A stretch of 64,000 nt of DNA, taken from positions 48,546,001 to 48,610,000 of the forward strand of contig CM060733.1 in assembly GCA_030704615.1 (NCBI GenBank), in the 5' to 3' direction. The position numbers were made by a program, and so were the translations under genes. Below, piece by piece: positions 1 to 13,690 of the stretch (within the stretch, counting starts at the first letter, position 1; each line of letters starts with the position of its first letter). The notes below the pieces were generated by a model that saw only the letters and a program-made list of their open reading frames with translations, was not told the origin of the DNA and did no database searches. The stretch comes from Takakia lepidozioides. Its lineage: Eukaryota > Plantae > Bryophyta.

Positions 1-3000
1 GTTCTTGAACCAGGCTGAAGAGTGCCTCTTCCAGCAGCAGTTCAGCTGTCTCAGATAATGCAGCCATACTCGAATGGTCAGGCGGTTCATTTGATTGAGG
101 TTCAACCTTATTGGGAGTGGAAGATTGTAACGCCTTCACCAAAACACTTGGACGTGGAGCTCTTCTTCCCTCTGCGTCCTCCCCCTTTGCTGTGATGAAG
201 CCAGAAAATGGTGCCTCCCCTGTATCACCCATATCGAAAGCAAAGGAAGGGCAAGGTTTTTCAGGTGTTTCTTGTCGAACGGGTCTCAGAGGTGGAGGAG
301 GTAATTCACCATCTCCCAAGCTCTCAAACATTTGAGATAACTTCTCCTCTACTGTCAGTGGTGTTGGATGTTCCTTTTGGAATTCCTCAAATTCCAATAT
401 GCGCTCTGTATCAAGTGTGCTAAAGTCAGCCTCATTACACTCATCATGCAAGGACTCTTGTAAGATCTCCAACAATATGCCATTGACAAACTCCGTCTGT
501 ATTTCCAACTCGCTCCTCTCTTGTGGCCTCCATGGTAGTCCTTCCTCAGATGACAAGAGATCTTCTTTGGTGGGGTGATAATGCTTTATCACAACGTGAC
601 TCACAACGGTCATATATAGCATAAATGTAGTGTTGGGTGGAGTGGTAGGTTCTAGATGGTCCAAACGCTCGAAGTAGTGCAAGTATGTGTTTGCCGCACT
701 CTTCTTCATTGCAAAATCTGTGACTTTTGATCTGGAGGATACAGTGGACAAAGTTAAAGCCGACTTGTGGATGAAGTTCCTATTGTATGGGCCCCATCCA
801 AGGCTCTTTGGCCATGTGTCTACTATGATCTCTGATTTCGTTTCCTCTGAGACACTCATCCCTCCAAGTGAAGATGCTGGGTCTTCCAACAATACCCTTA
901 GTTCACAGTACAGTGTTGTCTCAAATAGCTGCGGGTGCACGCCTGCGGTAAAAGAAATCTTGCACATGCAACGCTTCCCTGCATCGAGCACTCCACGTTG
1001 GGGCTCTACTGAGAACTGACCGTCAACCATGTGGTCAGCTGCCACACTGTTGCGCCACCAGAATGCAACCTGCAAAGAGTCACAGGTGCACATACATAAG
1101 GAAACAAGTCATGAACAAGGGAAGAGGTGGTGCAACCCACACTACTAGCCTTGATTTTGTTCATGTCGAAATCCACCTTATGCCATCACCGTAGCAATTA
1201 GGATAGTGGTCCTGTGCAGACTCCAATAATAAGCAGACTCACTAGGTTGAATTGGGGGAATGATACCCAGAAAGGCTTGCTAAGGAATGTTCTCAAACAC
1301 TTTTTCACACCATCAATTCACTGTAGGTCTGGTCTATCCAAGCTTCCAGAAATCGTTGTTCTCAGTAGACCTCTATGATAATCACTTGACTTGCTTTAAT
1401 GCATCTTCAGGGATATGTCACATTGCATGCTGACTCAGCAGTGCAACCTAACCAATGCCCCTTAATGAGACCTTCATGACAACATCAAGGAACTTGTGTG
1501 TGCTTTCGATCAGTAAACGATTTGCCAATTCCACAACTCAGGAAATCAGGCATTCTTCCAACCAACCATCTCTATCACGTTGGATATCACTTCTTATCCT
1601 TCACAGTTCACTGAAAGAAAATCCTGAGAAAGTCTATGGGCTTAGAATGGAGGGGGAAAATGGAGAGAAAAAAACTTACCCGTGTTTCATCCAACACATT
1701 TTGTATAGCAACCAGTCTGTGAGTCAGAGATAGCTCACAAATAGTCCCAAACTCCAGAAGTTCAGTTGAGAGGATAGCTGGGACACCAGGCCAGTTGTAG
1801 GTGGTACCTGGAATCCTCGGAGGCTCGCCATCCCTGGAATCTGGGTCATGTGGATCAGTGGGGAGCAACCCAACCCCTTGAAGGATCAAAAGCCCACCTT
1901 TCCCTTCCTCTATATTTACTGGAAGCTCAACCGAATATGTCTTGGCCTCCAGAGGCTGGAAGAGCCAGTTGAGCAAAACAGATTCCATTGGTGGAATGAC
2001 ACCTGTTGGATTCAGGCACCACATCACTCGAAAACCATAGTTGTTTTCTTGCATCCTGACCAAGGGAACCATGTCTACATTGTACACCATCTCAAGATTC
2101 CCAGTGTTACATAATTCAGTTGTTTGCAGAGGCGGGTTAACCTCTCCCACCACCGTGGACTTGAGGAATTGTGTGTCAGGTCGGTATACAAGACTTTTTA
2201 ATGGATTCAGTAGTGTCCCTCCACTGAGGTACATATGCACAGTGCGACCACTTGTTACCTCAAGGATTGCAGGGAACATATGGAATCCCTCTACACTGTG
2301 CCGATATGTGAGAAGTACAAATGATGTTTCACCTGGCTCCAAATGGCCTTTACGGGGCTCAACCTGGAAGAGTGGTCGCATCCTCAAGAGCCTCTCCTCA
2401 GATTCTGAGGGTTCCCCTTCTATCACCCAATTCTCGGTATCAACTTCTATATCATTCCACAATCGGATTCGCCATGCCACCCCTAAAGTTGTCCCACTTT
2501 TGAGCGCAAGAAGGATCACCGATGACTTTGATCCCAACTCCCGAACTCCGAAATGTAAAGGGAAATCCTGTGGACCATCCTGAATTGGTGCACCCATGCA
2601 AAACAATTCCTGTTGCACCACCTTTCCCCCAGCCCTCAATTTAATCTTTCCGTCTGTCAACTCACGGTTCAAATGTCTCAACAGACGTGCACGAAAAAAT
2701 TGCGGCGCACTCAACCCAAGAGTCCTTACAGATGCAAGAATTACTGAAGGGTGTATAGCACTCATCGAGAGGGTACAAGAAGCCTTTGACTCAACAGCGG
2801 AATCTGTCTCATCAGGCAGTGTGACATGCCCTCCTGCCTCTGCCAATGTACGAAGAGTCGACTCCTCAAAGCTCTCTGCTACAGGTGGAAAGAACGTTTT
2901 ACATATGATCTTATAGTCATAAGCTTGCGCTTTCAACGGGTGAAAAGTAACAAGTATGACCTTTGTCATCCCTCCTGCAAGTATCCCACGATAGCAATCA

Positions 3001-6000
3001 AATACGCAATGGTACGAATCTGTAGAGAGTGGGATATTTCCTGGATGGAGCTCCAGAAGAAACCGCAAACTCCCCACACTTGGATTGACAAGGGAAAACT
3101 TTTGTTTGTATGGGAACCCAGTATTGACTATGCCATACTCCAATTTTCCTGGACTGATTTGAATAGTTTGCACTATCCCCTCTCCATTCACAACCAGCAT
3201 GATGCGGCTCACATCCTTGCTTGTGACCTCTTCTATCAAATGGGTGCTTTCTTGAACAAAGACTTTTTCCACACATGCCGCATATAGACATGATATTTGA
3301 CAGTAATAGAGCTTCTCAAACTGTGGGAAGAAGAAGAACTCAATCATCTTCCTTTCGCCAGCCCGTATGAGGCCATGTGATGGTTCAATAATAAAAATCT
3401 TGGCAAATTTTGGAGGTACCTGCCACTCAAAATATGCTGGAACTGCACTTACATTCATAATTAAAATAGTTTGTGTTGCTTGTGTTCCAACACTGGTAGG
3501 CTTGAAACAGATCGCCTCCTTCCTCTCCAGCCTCACCTGCACGTTGGCTTCATCAGTATTTCTTCATCTGACACTGCACTAGAGGGCTAAACATGTGCAG
3601 CCAGTTTGTGCCACATATGTCATTTACAGTGAATCCAACTACTAAACATGACACTGTAGGTACTGCTGAGTAACTTGAAACCGACACTGTAAAGGTCCAA
3701 GAACATTCTATCCCCAACAAAGTCAAATCCAATTCTTACCAGGGAGAAATCCCACCTCCCTAGGGTGCAGAAGTCACACCAGAACCAAGTGTAATCTGAC
3801 TTTATTCTTGCATATAAATGCCTGTGACATGTATTCCGATAGCCTCGTGACTATCAAGCACCTGAAAGTACCTTGGGAATATGGCTGCTTGCAGTAAGGT
3901 TGACCTGCAAGGTGTCAGTGGCAGAGTTGTTAAGAGTGCAAACAACATGACCCACACTCAACTTGGGCTCACCCGCCTCATATCTGAATGAAATCATATT
4001 AAAGTCCTTTGGTGGAATCAACCCATGGGAAGGCTTCATACTAAACTCTGGAGGCAGATGTTCACTTGTGAATACGTATCTGTGGAGATTCATCACCCTG
4101 CCACTGTCAGATTAAAAATCCCTAATCCTCAGGAAAAGTCTACTAATGTTACCCCTTTCATTTCCTTCCCTTTCCTTTTGATCCAAAACTAAAGTGGATT
4201 GCTCAGCACATTCGGATTCAAGTTGAGCAGACATGGATATACATGACATGTAAACATTGGAGTCCCAGAGTGCATGTGCAATTTCTCATTCCATGCCTGC
4301 AGGGCTGTTAGATAGGCCGTCACAGCCCCTACATGCTCTTGCCACAAGCAGAGTTGCTCCATAGTTTTTTCTCCAGCCTCTTCATGTCAATGTTTTCTAA
4401 AACACAACCCTTCCAAAAGCAAGCAATGGTTCACAGGGGAAGTAGATACCTCAGGGGTGTGTTGGCATCATGGTTGTACATAAGGATGCTTTGGTATGCC
4501 CTGGTACCCTGTACGGCAGGTGGAAACACGACTTTGTGTGTAGACAAGGAAGCCAGTGGCATGAACATATGGCTCTTTTCCCGAAAGGTGTGACCTGTAA
4601 CTTGCACGGTAGTTGACCAATTTGGCAAAACGTGATATGAAGTCTTTGTCCATACAAAACAAGACAAAAGCTGATAGTAGTACATTTCATCCTGCATATA
4701 TCCATAGGCACAAGATAACCATGTGTTATTGGACTTGTCCACACACCATTTTGCACATTTAACATGGCAATATTATGGAGACCAGCATTGGGCATTGGAG
4801 CCGAATACCACACAAAGGGAAGACTAGCGTTTAGAAGGATGGATACAAGTAAATTTGGCAGCTAAACGAGAATCTGTCATCTCCAAACCAACAATTTTGT
4901 GCCACGTGATTAGGAGGAATTTGTAGATTTCAATTTAGGTAGCATGTGCTTGAAGGAGGGAGTATACCTGTGAAGGTGTAAACGTGACACTGAATGGAAA
5001 TGATAACCCTGATGGGATGACAACCATTTCTGGTTCCACATGGAACACAGTCCGTAATGGTTCAGGCTCTGGCTTGATTTTGGGAGGTGGGAGCTTACTA
5101 ACTACATATTTAGCCCTAATTGAGGCAACATGGGGTTGTTCAGCTTCCCAGGGTGCCATCCACATACAAGTGACTGGGTCAGCAAGGTTGTTCTTCACAT
5201 ACACAAGCTGCACAGGTGACTCTACCATGCTCTCTCTAACTCCAAAGTCAAGGAATGTTTGATCAACAGTAACTGGATCCCAGTCAACCATTCTTCCCAG
5301 GAAATATTCCTCCCAACACTCCAAGGCTGAAATCCCCCCTGTAGCTTCATGCCTGTTCTCCATTACCAACACATTGCTCTCTTTCATCTGCAAGAGCCAT
5401 TTTATTTCAACGTCCGTCAGTTCACATTTATACCAGGGGAAGAGAGGGAAAGTAGAAATGAAATGAAATGGTACTTTAGAGAAGAAGAATAATTAAAGAG
5501 GGAGAGAGAGAGAGTTCTTAAAAAACGTCATGCTCCTCTCTCTCTCTCACACACACACAAAACACACAAGGCTACGGCACACAACGTCTTATGAGCTTTA
5601 TGTGAATTAGGTAGTGTGAATTGTCAATCATGCAGGCGTAGCTCTGAGTTGTAAGCTATCTCTGCACAGCAAAAGGCAAAATTCCTATTTCAGCAAGGGA
5701 GATAATGATCACTCAATTAGATACATGTAGACAATGGGCACCTTGACATCCCAATTGTCAAAAACAGGGAATGCCCGATGTTCGAATGGGGCAGCAGTAA
5801 GCAACATGTTCGCCAAGGCACCTGAAGATCTGCCAGCCCCATCAGGCAGTTTAGCTTGCTCTCCCTCACCCACCACTCCTACTGTTGTAAACCAGTTACC
5901 GGTGGTCCATTCCTCAGGGCCAGCAGCGGGTACATTTTCAGTAGGATGCCCATAAAGGACATCAATGGGATCTGGATATATGGGTCCTTCGCCCGCACCC

Positions 6001-8739
6001 TCTTCTGTTTCGTATGTGGAAAGTTCAGGAACATCTGCCTTGAGCATTGCAACCATCTCCCTCTCAGCTATGATAAGCTTCAAGTTCTCTCGGTGCTCGT
6101 AGATATGGTAAGGCAGCAGAGTGGGCGATCTCAAAGCAACTTTGTAGCAAGTCCCAATCACATCAACAAATAGTGGATACTGGTCTTGCAATATCACCAG
6201 TACGCGCTTGTAGTAGTTCATTGTCTCAAGGGGTCGAAAGTGGCAATGGAAAAGAATTGAACGATTTGCTCTGCATACCCCCCTTGGTTGCATAAACTCA
6301 AATAAACGGACCTCGTCTGTAACAAATTGAAATGCAACAGATGAAGCAGACTGATTGTCCACAGTGATAGTACGGTGAGAAGAACTGCCAGACTCCACAC
6401 TGCCAAAATCCATGAAGGGGACAGTGAACCTGATAATAGGGCGGGTGGCAGTGCCTGAGCAAGCAAACGAAGCACGACGAGCCTGAGATGTGAACATCTC
6501 AAACTGTTCTAAAGAGAAGGTGCCAGCTACAATTGGATGGTAAGATACCTGCAACAGACAGCGCAGAGGCAGGCTCCTTACTGTCGCATTGATCCAGGCC
6601 TTCACACGATCTCATCATATACATACACACTCTCTTTCTTTCTCTCATCCTATTCACAGTTTGTTTCTCTTTAGCCCACCTTTTTCAGGGTAAACAAATT
6701 CTCTCACTATGGATTGGCTGTCTGAAGTCATTCTAACGAAAATCCCAAATGGTTTTGGATGTTTAGGCGAATGGAAGAGACAAACAAATGTCCGAAAGCC
6801 CCAGGATTCTAGACACAGACATTAGTATAAATGATAACTAATGTAAGATGTTGCACATGACTACCTTCAAGATTATCATGACATTCCCTTCGTTCATGAA
6901 TCTTGCCTTATAAAGCCTTTGCAGTTCCTTGGAATGCAATTACCAAATCACAACAAATCAAGAAGAAATCAAAAGGCACCTTGAGAGCAAGAGCTGAATT
7001 TGGTGGAATGGCTCCGTCCATGGGCTGGACTGAGAAAACACAATCATGACCATGATACCAGGCATCCACCCTCTTTATAGTGAACCGTGCAATCACAGGA
7101 GAGATGTTGGTCACTATCAGCTCCATCTCCTTCGATGTGCGCGTCAGGACATCTCCAAATTCAAGTACTGGCCTACTCAATGCCAGAAATGAGTACTTGC
7201 CTATCCCGAAGAGCTTTATTTGTCCCTTTGACTTTGTTGTTGTGCCGACATTTGCCTGTATAAAGGTTTGATTTTACCTGCATTTAGTTTTGCTTTTCTT
7301 CAGAGGGTATGATGTACTTCTGGTGCATCCACTTTGGTCTCCAGAGTTAGTCCAATGTGAGGCTCTTGTTTACTACCACCACCACTATGCTAGAATCAAT
7401 TTTACTATGTTCAGTGTTTCTGCTAACATTTCCCCTCATTTGGTACAATCATAAGGCTGTTGAGCAGTAAGTCCTGAAGGGATAGAGTTTACCATCAGAT
7501 TTTCCAACAGACTAGGAATTATACATGGTTGACCCCTCCTACAAGGATAAAGCTAAAATTCTCACAATCATTCCACGAGATAAAGAATGGCTTGAAGGTG
7601 CAAAGCCCCTTAACTGCTTACCAAACCCTTGTAGGCAGTTGCATTGTCAGGGCAGAAATGACAAGACATGGTCGCCACTTGTCCAGGTTTCAAATTTCCC
7701 TGAACTGGAGTTATGGAGAAGGGATGCGAAGCTGCCCATTTATACCCTACAATGAAGTCTTGGTCGTTGTGAATGTCAAACTTCTTTGTTAGCACGTCCT
7801 TCACAGGACAATATTTGAAATCAATTCTTGTTGGAAGTCCCAAGTCCACAGAGGGAAGCAAACCCCGCAAATGCAAGGTAAAAGATCCCTGCCAACAAAC
7901 CAGCTCACTCAGAATATTTCATACATCATTGGTATTGCAGTGAAAGACATAGTCACTTTGCTCTAGTGATATATTTCAGGTTTGAAGCTTGTCAACAAAA
8001 GGTGCTGTACCCATAGGAGAAGCCCCGGATGCTTCTTTAGTAGCAATGAACTTCATGGTTTGATGATACACTATGAGCTGTGGAGTTGTGGAGAGCCTAC
8101 CCGGGCTGTTCGGAACACAATGCTACTAAAATACTCTTCCACATTTTCAGGGCGGAAGAAAACGATGATGGCAGCTGTCATGCCAGGGTTCAATTTGGCA
8201 TGTGACTCTTGGAATGAGGTGTTGAAGTAGGGCGTGTCTGGCTCTTCCCATCTTAGAGTCTGTCTCAAGAAATTCCCACAAACACATTGTTTCGTTTTTA
8301 AAGAAATCCGTGCACATAAGTAACATTCAGATAGGCATCCTTCACATGGAATCCTACAAATACAAGGTACTGAAACACACCACGTAGAAACAGAAAGATC
8401 ACTTGGCAAAGCAGGACCTCATTCAGATTATAAGAATGTCAACAACAGAATTACTACAATTTAATAGGCAAAAGTGTGGGTTAGATGATGAGTGAGTGCT
8501 ACTCATAACTACCCACAAAGAATGCACCCTATATGAAAGATGATACCTCTATTTGGTAGACATTTTGATACCTGCACTTTGTTTAGAATATTTTTGATGT
8601 AGAAAGTCTTGTGGTGTTCATGTCCAGGCTTCCACCGTTCCCATTCTAGTTCACTTGGGCAATCCAGTTTAAGGCGGATTTTTCGCAGATCGCGGTCATT
8701 CTTGATGCTCTTCAAATTGAACTTTGGTACAAACTCCAT
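1..8739 (-). CDS. CFAP65: Cilia- and flagella-associated protein 65 (CFAP65/CCDC108)-like, multi-exon; 3' end lies beyond the left edge of the window
   Basis: In-phase GT-AG exons: 8739-8572, 8259-8101, 7888-7622, 7255-6980, 6548-5742, 5387-4968, 4691-4450, 4079-3872, 3536-1680, 1069-<1 (frame open to the edge, ending ...AELLLEEALFSLVQE). Repeated ASH/PapD-like Ig-fold motifs (DFG.V, P..G.I.P, F.P) and an N-terminal 'DCPSELEWERWKPG...K.F.IKN' segment typical of CFAP65. Confidence 0.8.
5455..5600 (-). mobile_element. Short 3'-end remnant of the RTEX-like LINE family, in a CFAP65 intron
   Basis: GAAATGAAATGAAATGGTACTTTA at ~5455-5478 is identical to the tail and 3' end of the LINE at ~17156-17180; weaker similarity continues to ~5600 (caacgtc..gagctttatg). 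Confidence 0.4.
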
Positions 8740-9731
8740 ATTCCCACTTCTTATATCACTTTCATCGAACTCTGGCCAGTGTTAGACAAATATATGCTTC
8801 TCTTAAGAACGTGAGGCAGTGTCAAACCCATGCATGCTGTAACATATCAGATAATAGCTTCCGTCTCTCAATAGAAACCCTAAACATCTCTAAAAAGCAG
8901 TAGAATTTCTGTAGTTCTCAACCACTTTTGAGCATATCCGCATATGACTCGTGCTTTTGGGATGAGATCAAAGTTGCTCCATTTTGTTCACAGGTTTGCA
9001 TTGATGCTTTCACACAAACAACTCTCTGAGCACAAGTGTTCATGCCTCTAAATGTAAGAAGTTCAACAAAATTATGGAACCTAAATTCTAATACTACTTG
9101 CCTACATGTAACAGTTCGCAGTGTGAGAAGTTCCAAACAACAAACGAAGGTAGAAAAGCTTCTAAATCATAGAGACAAAATGTAACGACTCCGGTTGGAG
9201 ATTAGCATGAAAAATGAGTGCTTCCATCATCAGCGAATGGTGCGGCGTCCTACTAAGAGGTGGGCAGTTCCCACAGCTACCAGACAATACAACAACACCC
9301 GTTACAGATTGGTGAACCACGCATATCACATACTCCAACATCGGCATGTGTGGATATGAACCAGAACCATCTGCAGCCCTACCAAGTGAGCTGTTTATAA
9401 GGTGGAAGCTAAAAAAAAATTAGGGTATTTCTTGTGCTTGATACATACCATTCCATTGCTGAGTTGATCCGTCAGAGGCACTCAGGTCTTGGTGTGTCCT
9501 CTGTGTCAGATTGGCACCAACAACGTTTCCTGCTTGCTGGCATTTTGATCACAATTCTCACGCGTCTTGCGAGTGACATGCTCCTCGCAATCCTCTTGTC
9601 TGAAACAAGCAAGTGACATGGATGAGTGCGAGTGTGTCACAGTGCCATCAAAGGGGAAGGGGCAGCAGCAGCGGAGTCTCAATCTCATAAGTGGTTATAA
9701 CTCACTCAAACTGGCGCCACTTTGAATACTA

Positions 9732-9850
9732 CCGTTAAGAGAGCCTCTAACTTAGTGACGAAGTAGAGTACACTGTACAAGTGTTAAGGAGGAGCTTTCC
9801 GTTAAGAGAGCCTCTAACTTAGTGAGAAAGTACAGTACACTATACCAAGA
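9732..9850. repeat. Tandem duplication, 67-bp period, two copies, upstream of CFAP65
   Basis: CCGTTAAGAGAGCCTCTAACTTAGTGA...GTACACT starts at 9732 and again at 9799. Confidence 0.85.
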
Positions 9851-10169
9851 GTTAGAGGGATAAGTGTCATTTCTTAATACTTTGTAATGGTTTCAATCAG
9901 TGTTGGAAGGTCTGGTATCAAGTTTAGGACATACCAGTCTGGTATGAGTATCAAAGGTTTCACAAAATGTTCATACCAGTCTGGTATATGTAATGGCAGA
10001 TGCATTTTTTCTGTTAGATTCATATTTTATTTGCAAAGTATTCCATTGTATGAGTGTATTTCATGTGAACAAAGTTGATGTTATCTCAAATGTTACAATT
10101 TGTATGCTGTGCCTTGGATAAGTAATACATTTCTAATTGTTATATATTGAAATCTTCTTCTCTCTCTAT

Positions 10170-10641
10170 ATGAAGGAGAAGACTCCGACCAAAGTCGGGT
10201 TAACTAGAACCACTTCACTGCCTTGCGGCTACTGCCCCCATTCAGGGGTGGGTGAAAAGAAGGACCAAGTACTTAGGGGGTTTATCTCAGTTTGTTGTGA
10301 AGCTAATGGGTGGGTTGGTTGTCTCCAAGCTTGCCTTTATTGATGATGATAGCTATTAGGGTGGCGATTGAGGTGAATTTCTTTATAGCATCGGGATATG
10401 GTTTTTGGGCAGTATGAGGAGGTTGGAGTGGACAGATTTGAGGCTGTTTGCGTGGATACCTCCACACACACCAGCTGTGAGTATGTGCAGAGGGCCGAGC
10501 CTTGTCGTCTGAGGACGTGCGCAAGGATGGCTGTGCACTATGTGAATCAGATATCTGGTATCTTGTTGGATCCCTCCAAGTGTTACATTTTACAAACTCA
10601 CAAGGGATAACACTTATCCCACGGTAGCCTGTAGAGATCAA
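10170..10641 (-). mobile_element. Degenerate 3' fragment of an RLE-type (Dualen/RandI-like) non-LTR retrotransposon
   Basis: ORF 10641-10303 ends '...AIKKFTSIATLIAIIINKGKL', similar to the C-terminus 'AISSLTSLILNKRKIE' of ORF 41725-42384. Its 3' UTR (10253-10183) shares GCAGTAGCCGCAAG..GAAGTGG.TCT and a terminal hairpin with the copies at 34076 and 42401. Confidence 0.65.
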
Positions 10642-11586
10642 CAGCCATCAGATACTTCCCAATCAAAGTTATTTGTGTATCACTTGATTAGCGGAACTTG
10701 TAGTTGGAAGAAGAGCACCTAATTTGAGCTTCTGTTGTTGGCAGCATGCTACTTGGGACATGGTAGCTTGAGCCATATGTTGGTGCAGTGAAGATGGAGC
10801 ACAAATGGTATACTTTTCATCTTGTTCTGAAAGTTTAGTGCTCATCCTTTCCTTTTCCTGTTGCTGTCTTGTGAATATGGTGTTGCTCCCTTGCACACTC
10901 ATGCTCTCCCCTTTTTCGCCAGTGGATCCACCGTAAAGAGCTGTGGAAAGGACTCATTCCAACTTACAGAGCTTTACATACTGAAGTATAATCACTCAAA
11001 TTACTCAAGCTACTCAATGTGGGAAGGTGACTATGACACCCAATGGGCTTTTATTACTTCAACAATGTTGCAGAACATATTGATCATGTTTGACTCATGT
11101 CATATTCTAAAGTAATTGCCCTCAATATTTTACAGTCGAGTGGCCTGCAAGGAGAAGAGGCTCTTATTTATGCCAACTCCGGTTTTCGCCTCTCTCTCTC
11201 TCGTGGTGATGCAACATTTGAGGGCTGGTTGCAGAATCCCTGCAGCTTCCCTCCGAGGAGAGTCACACACATGCGAGCTTCCCCTTCCAAGGACCGACAG
11301 GAAGCACATTCATTTCCACATTCTTGGAAAAGCACCTCTCAACAATTTTCTTCTGAATGCGAGTAAATCCCTCAACCACACATGGACCTCTTGCAAGGAT
11401 CTCCCTTTAAAGAAGTGGGTGCCTCAGGCAATGTTGCTAAAGCTTTCTGAAGGCTTGAGTTCGTTGCTTTTGGGGGCTGGCAACATCTGTAGATCAAGCC
11501 TCTTCATCTGCCCTGATAAGACCAGATAAGTTGTTCAAAAGTCACGGGTATGAAGAATTCATCCGCTATGAAGGGACACTCACCTA

Positions 11587-13215
11587 TTAGGTCCCCTCCT
11601 CCACAGGCCGGCCTTCAATTCCTGAAGTGGGTCCACTCGATTGGGGAGTCCCAGGTGTTGTCCCAGGCTGCAGCTCCAAGACAAGCAACCGCACTGCTTT
11701 GCTCATTTGTTCCAGACGCAGTGCACTCAGTGCTGGAATGGCTGCTCTGTTTGGTGCTTCTTCCTCATTGGATTTTGCAACCCTCGTTGTCAGGGGGCCT
11801 GTTGCTTCATCCACCAGACACTCAGAGACTATCCTTTGCCTCAAGGACTCCTGCAAAGAGAACAACACACAAAGTTATCTAAATATTTTGTCACGTCTCT
11901 GGGGGATTCTCTCTGATTTCTTCCTGTTGCCAAGTTGGAACAGGAAATTATGAGGAGAAATATAAGTGTATTTTAAATACGCACCCGGCAAATCCATCGA
12001 TACAGGTGAACAATTCGCTAAAGACAAGTATCTCTTGCCACGCAGCACACTTCCCAACTTCAGGGAGGTACTTTAGATATGGACAAAATTAGACACATCA
12101 CAGATTAAAGGTGCAAATCCCTAAGGTGTGTACACGCGCAGCAAACGATGCTACCATCAACAAGCCTCCAAGGCTGTACCCCTGCGTGAGTGGCTGCAAA
12201 TCATCAAAAGAGATAGGGTGCAGAATGTGTACCACAAATTCTTGGGCATGATCACAGGCAGCATGAAAAAGCTGCATACTGTTGTAGAAAAGCTCAAGGG
12301 CTGCATCTGTCCGTGCTGTCCTCCTTTTCACAACAATTGAAAACCTCTTAGTCTTAATACAAAAACCCCATCTCTCTTTATCTCCTTATCCAACACCTAC
12401 TTAGAGTGAACAAAACGTTGTTGGCCAGGGCCCAGCACTCAGTAATTACAAGCTGGGTTTCCTGATGGCTCAAATGCTCCCAACTGGAGCTGGGAGGATT
12501 AAGTTCCTGCTGAGACTATGTCCTCAAGCATGTATCATACACACAGTAGACAGAGGGCCGAATAAATACACCTCGGAGTTTTTCCCCATATCATCTGCTT
12601 ATCTTGTCTCTGTGTGCCTGCAGTTACATAGACGCATACACTAGGAAACCCACGAATTTAGCGCAGCCATAGTCATGTTTTGCATTCAGTCTGAAAAATA
12701 AGTCATAACTGATCGGGGCAAGAATTGGTAAGTCCAGGACTTGCAAAGACAGAGCCCATCCAGTAATACGTACTGCACATCAGAGGACTCCTTCGCCTCC
12801 AATACTGTTGCTGCCGCACTAAGAAGCCCCTGCGAGACACACTGAGCTTAGGATATACTATTCACTGCTGTACTACATGCCAAATCTTGGAATGTACTAC
12901 ACCCAAACATCTGGAAACGGGCATCTAAACCTCTTCCACCATTCCAAGGTGACGTAGATGGTTGAACATCAGGCATGACCAGTGCAGGAAAGGCACTGTC
13001 CCCAAAAAGAGACAAACACTAAATTGGTTTAAGGGCTGCTTGTGCCCTCTTAACTAGCGCCCCCAAGGTGTCGGCTTGCAAGACGGTACACACAGATTCA
13101 TTGTTGCATTTCTGACTTTCTTATATGTCACAGGATTCACATGCACAAATCATTGGCGAGAGAAGACGAAGGATACCTGGTAGGCTTTGTCCAGGCTTTG
13201 GACCTGCGGCTCCAT
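11587..13215 (-). CDS. MED32: Mediator of RNA polymerase II transcription subunit 32 (MED32/MED2)
   Basis: Exons 13215-13177, 12829-12774, 12323-12233, 11850-11587 splice in frame to MEPQVQSLDKAYQGLLSAAATVLEAKESS...TDAALELF...LFHAACDHAQEFVESLRQRIVSECLVDEATG...LSALRLEQMSKAVRLLVLELQ, matching plant MED32 motifs (ACDQAEEFVESVKQRIGSECLVDEATG; RLEQMSRAVRWLVLELQ). Confidence 0.92.
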
Positions 13216-13690
13216 GCTGGGGCCTGCTGTTCGATGAGCCTGCGCTTTGTTTCAGGTATATCTTCTCCTCCTCCTTCCCGAACTTAGACGGCAGGTCCGC
13301 CTCCCGAGTCGCGCATCCCGATTGTTGAGGAAAATGCGATTGTCGTTGTATTGCAGATCTATTTGGCCTAAAATTCAGGGCAAGAATTTTACTGTAATCT
13401 TGCAGCTGGATTCAAGTGAATGTTCCTGATTGTAATGACATTTTTGCTGGTGACGAGAATGGGTGCGTCGGAGAGGCAGAATCAGAGCCAAGGGCCGGCC
13501 AGATCCATGGGAAACTTTCTACTCTTTCTACTGCAATTTGACCCAACGGCGTGCATGAATTCCTCCAAGATCCTGTTTTTGGGTTACTCAGCTAAAATTG
13601 GGTACAAGCTATTGAACTGATGGCCTGTAAATGGCTTGCAAAATTAATCTGGATTGGAGTCTCGAGGAAAGACAAAGCTGCCAAGCTTAA

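Noticed and set aside
111-3582. Plus-strand ORFs overlapping CFAP65 (and similar antisense ORFs over PIG-T, PsbS and the MYB)
   Set aside because: They are shadow ORFs on the opposite strand or frame of real coding exons.
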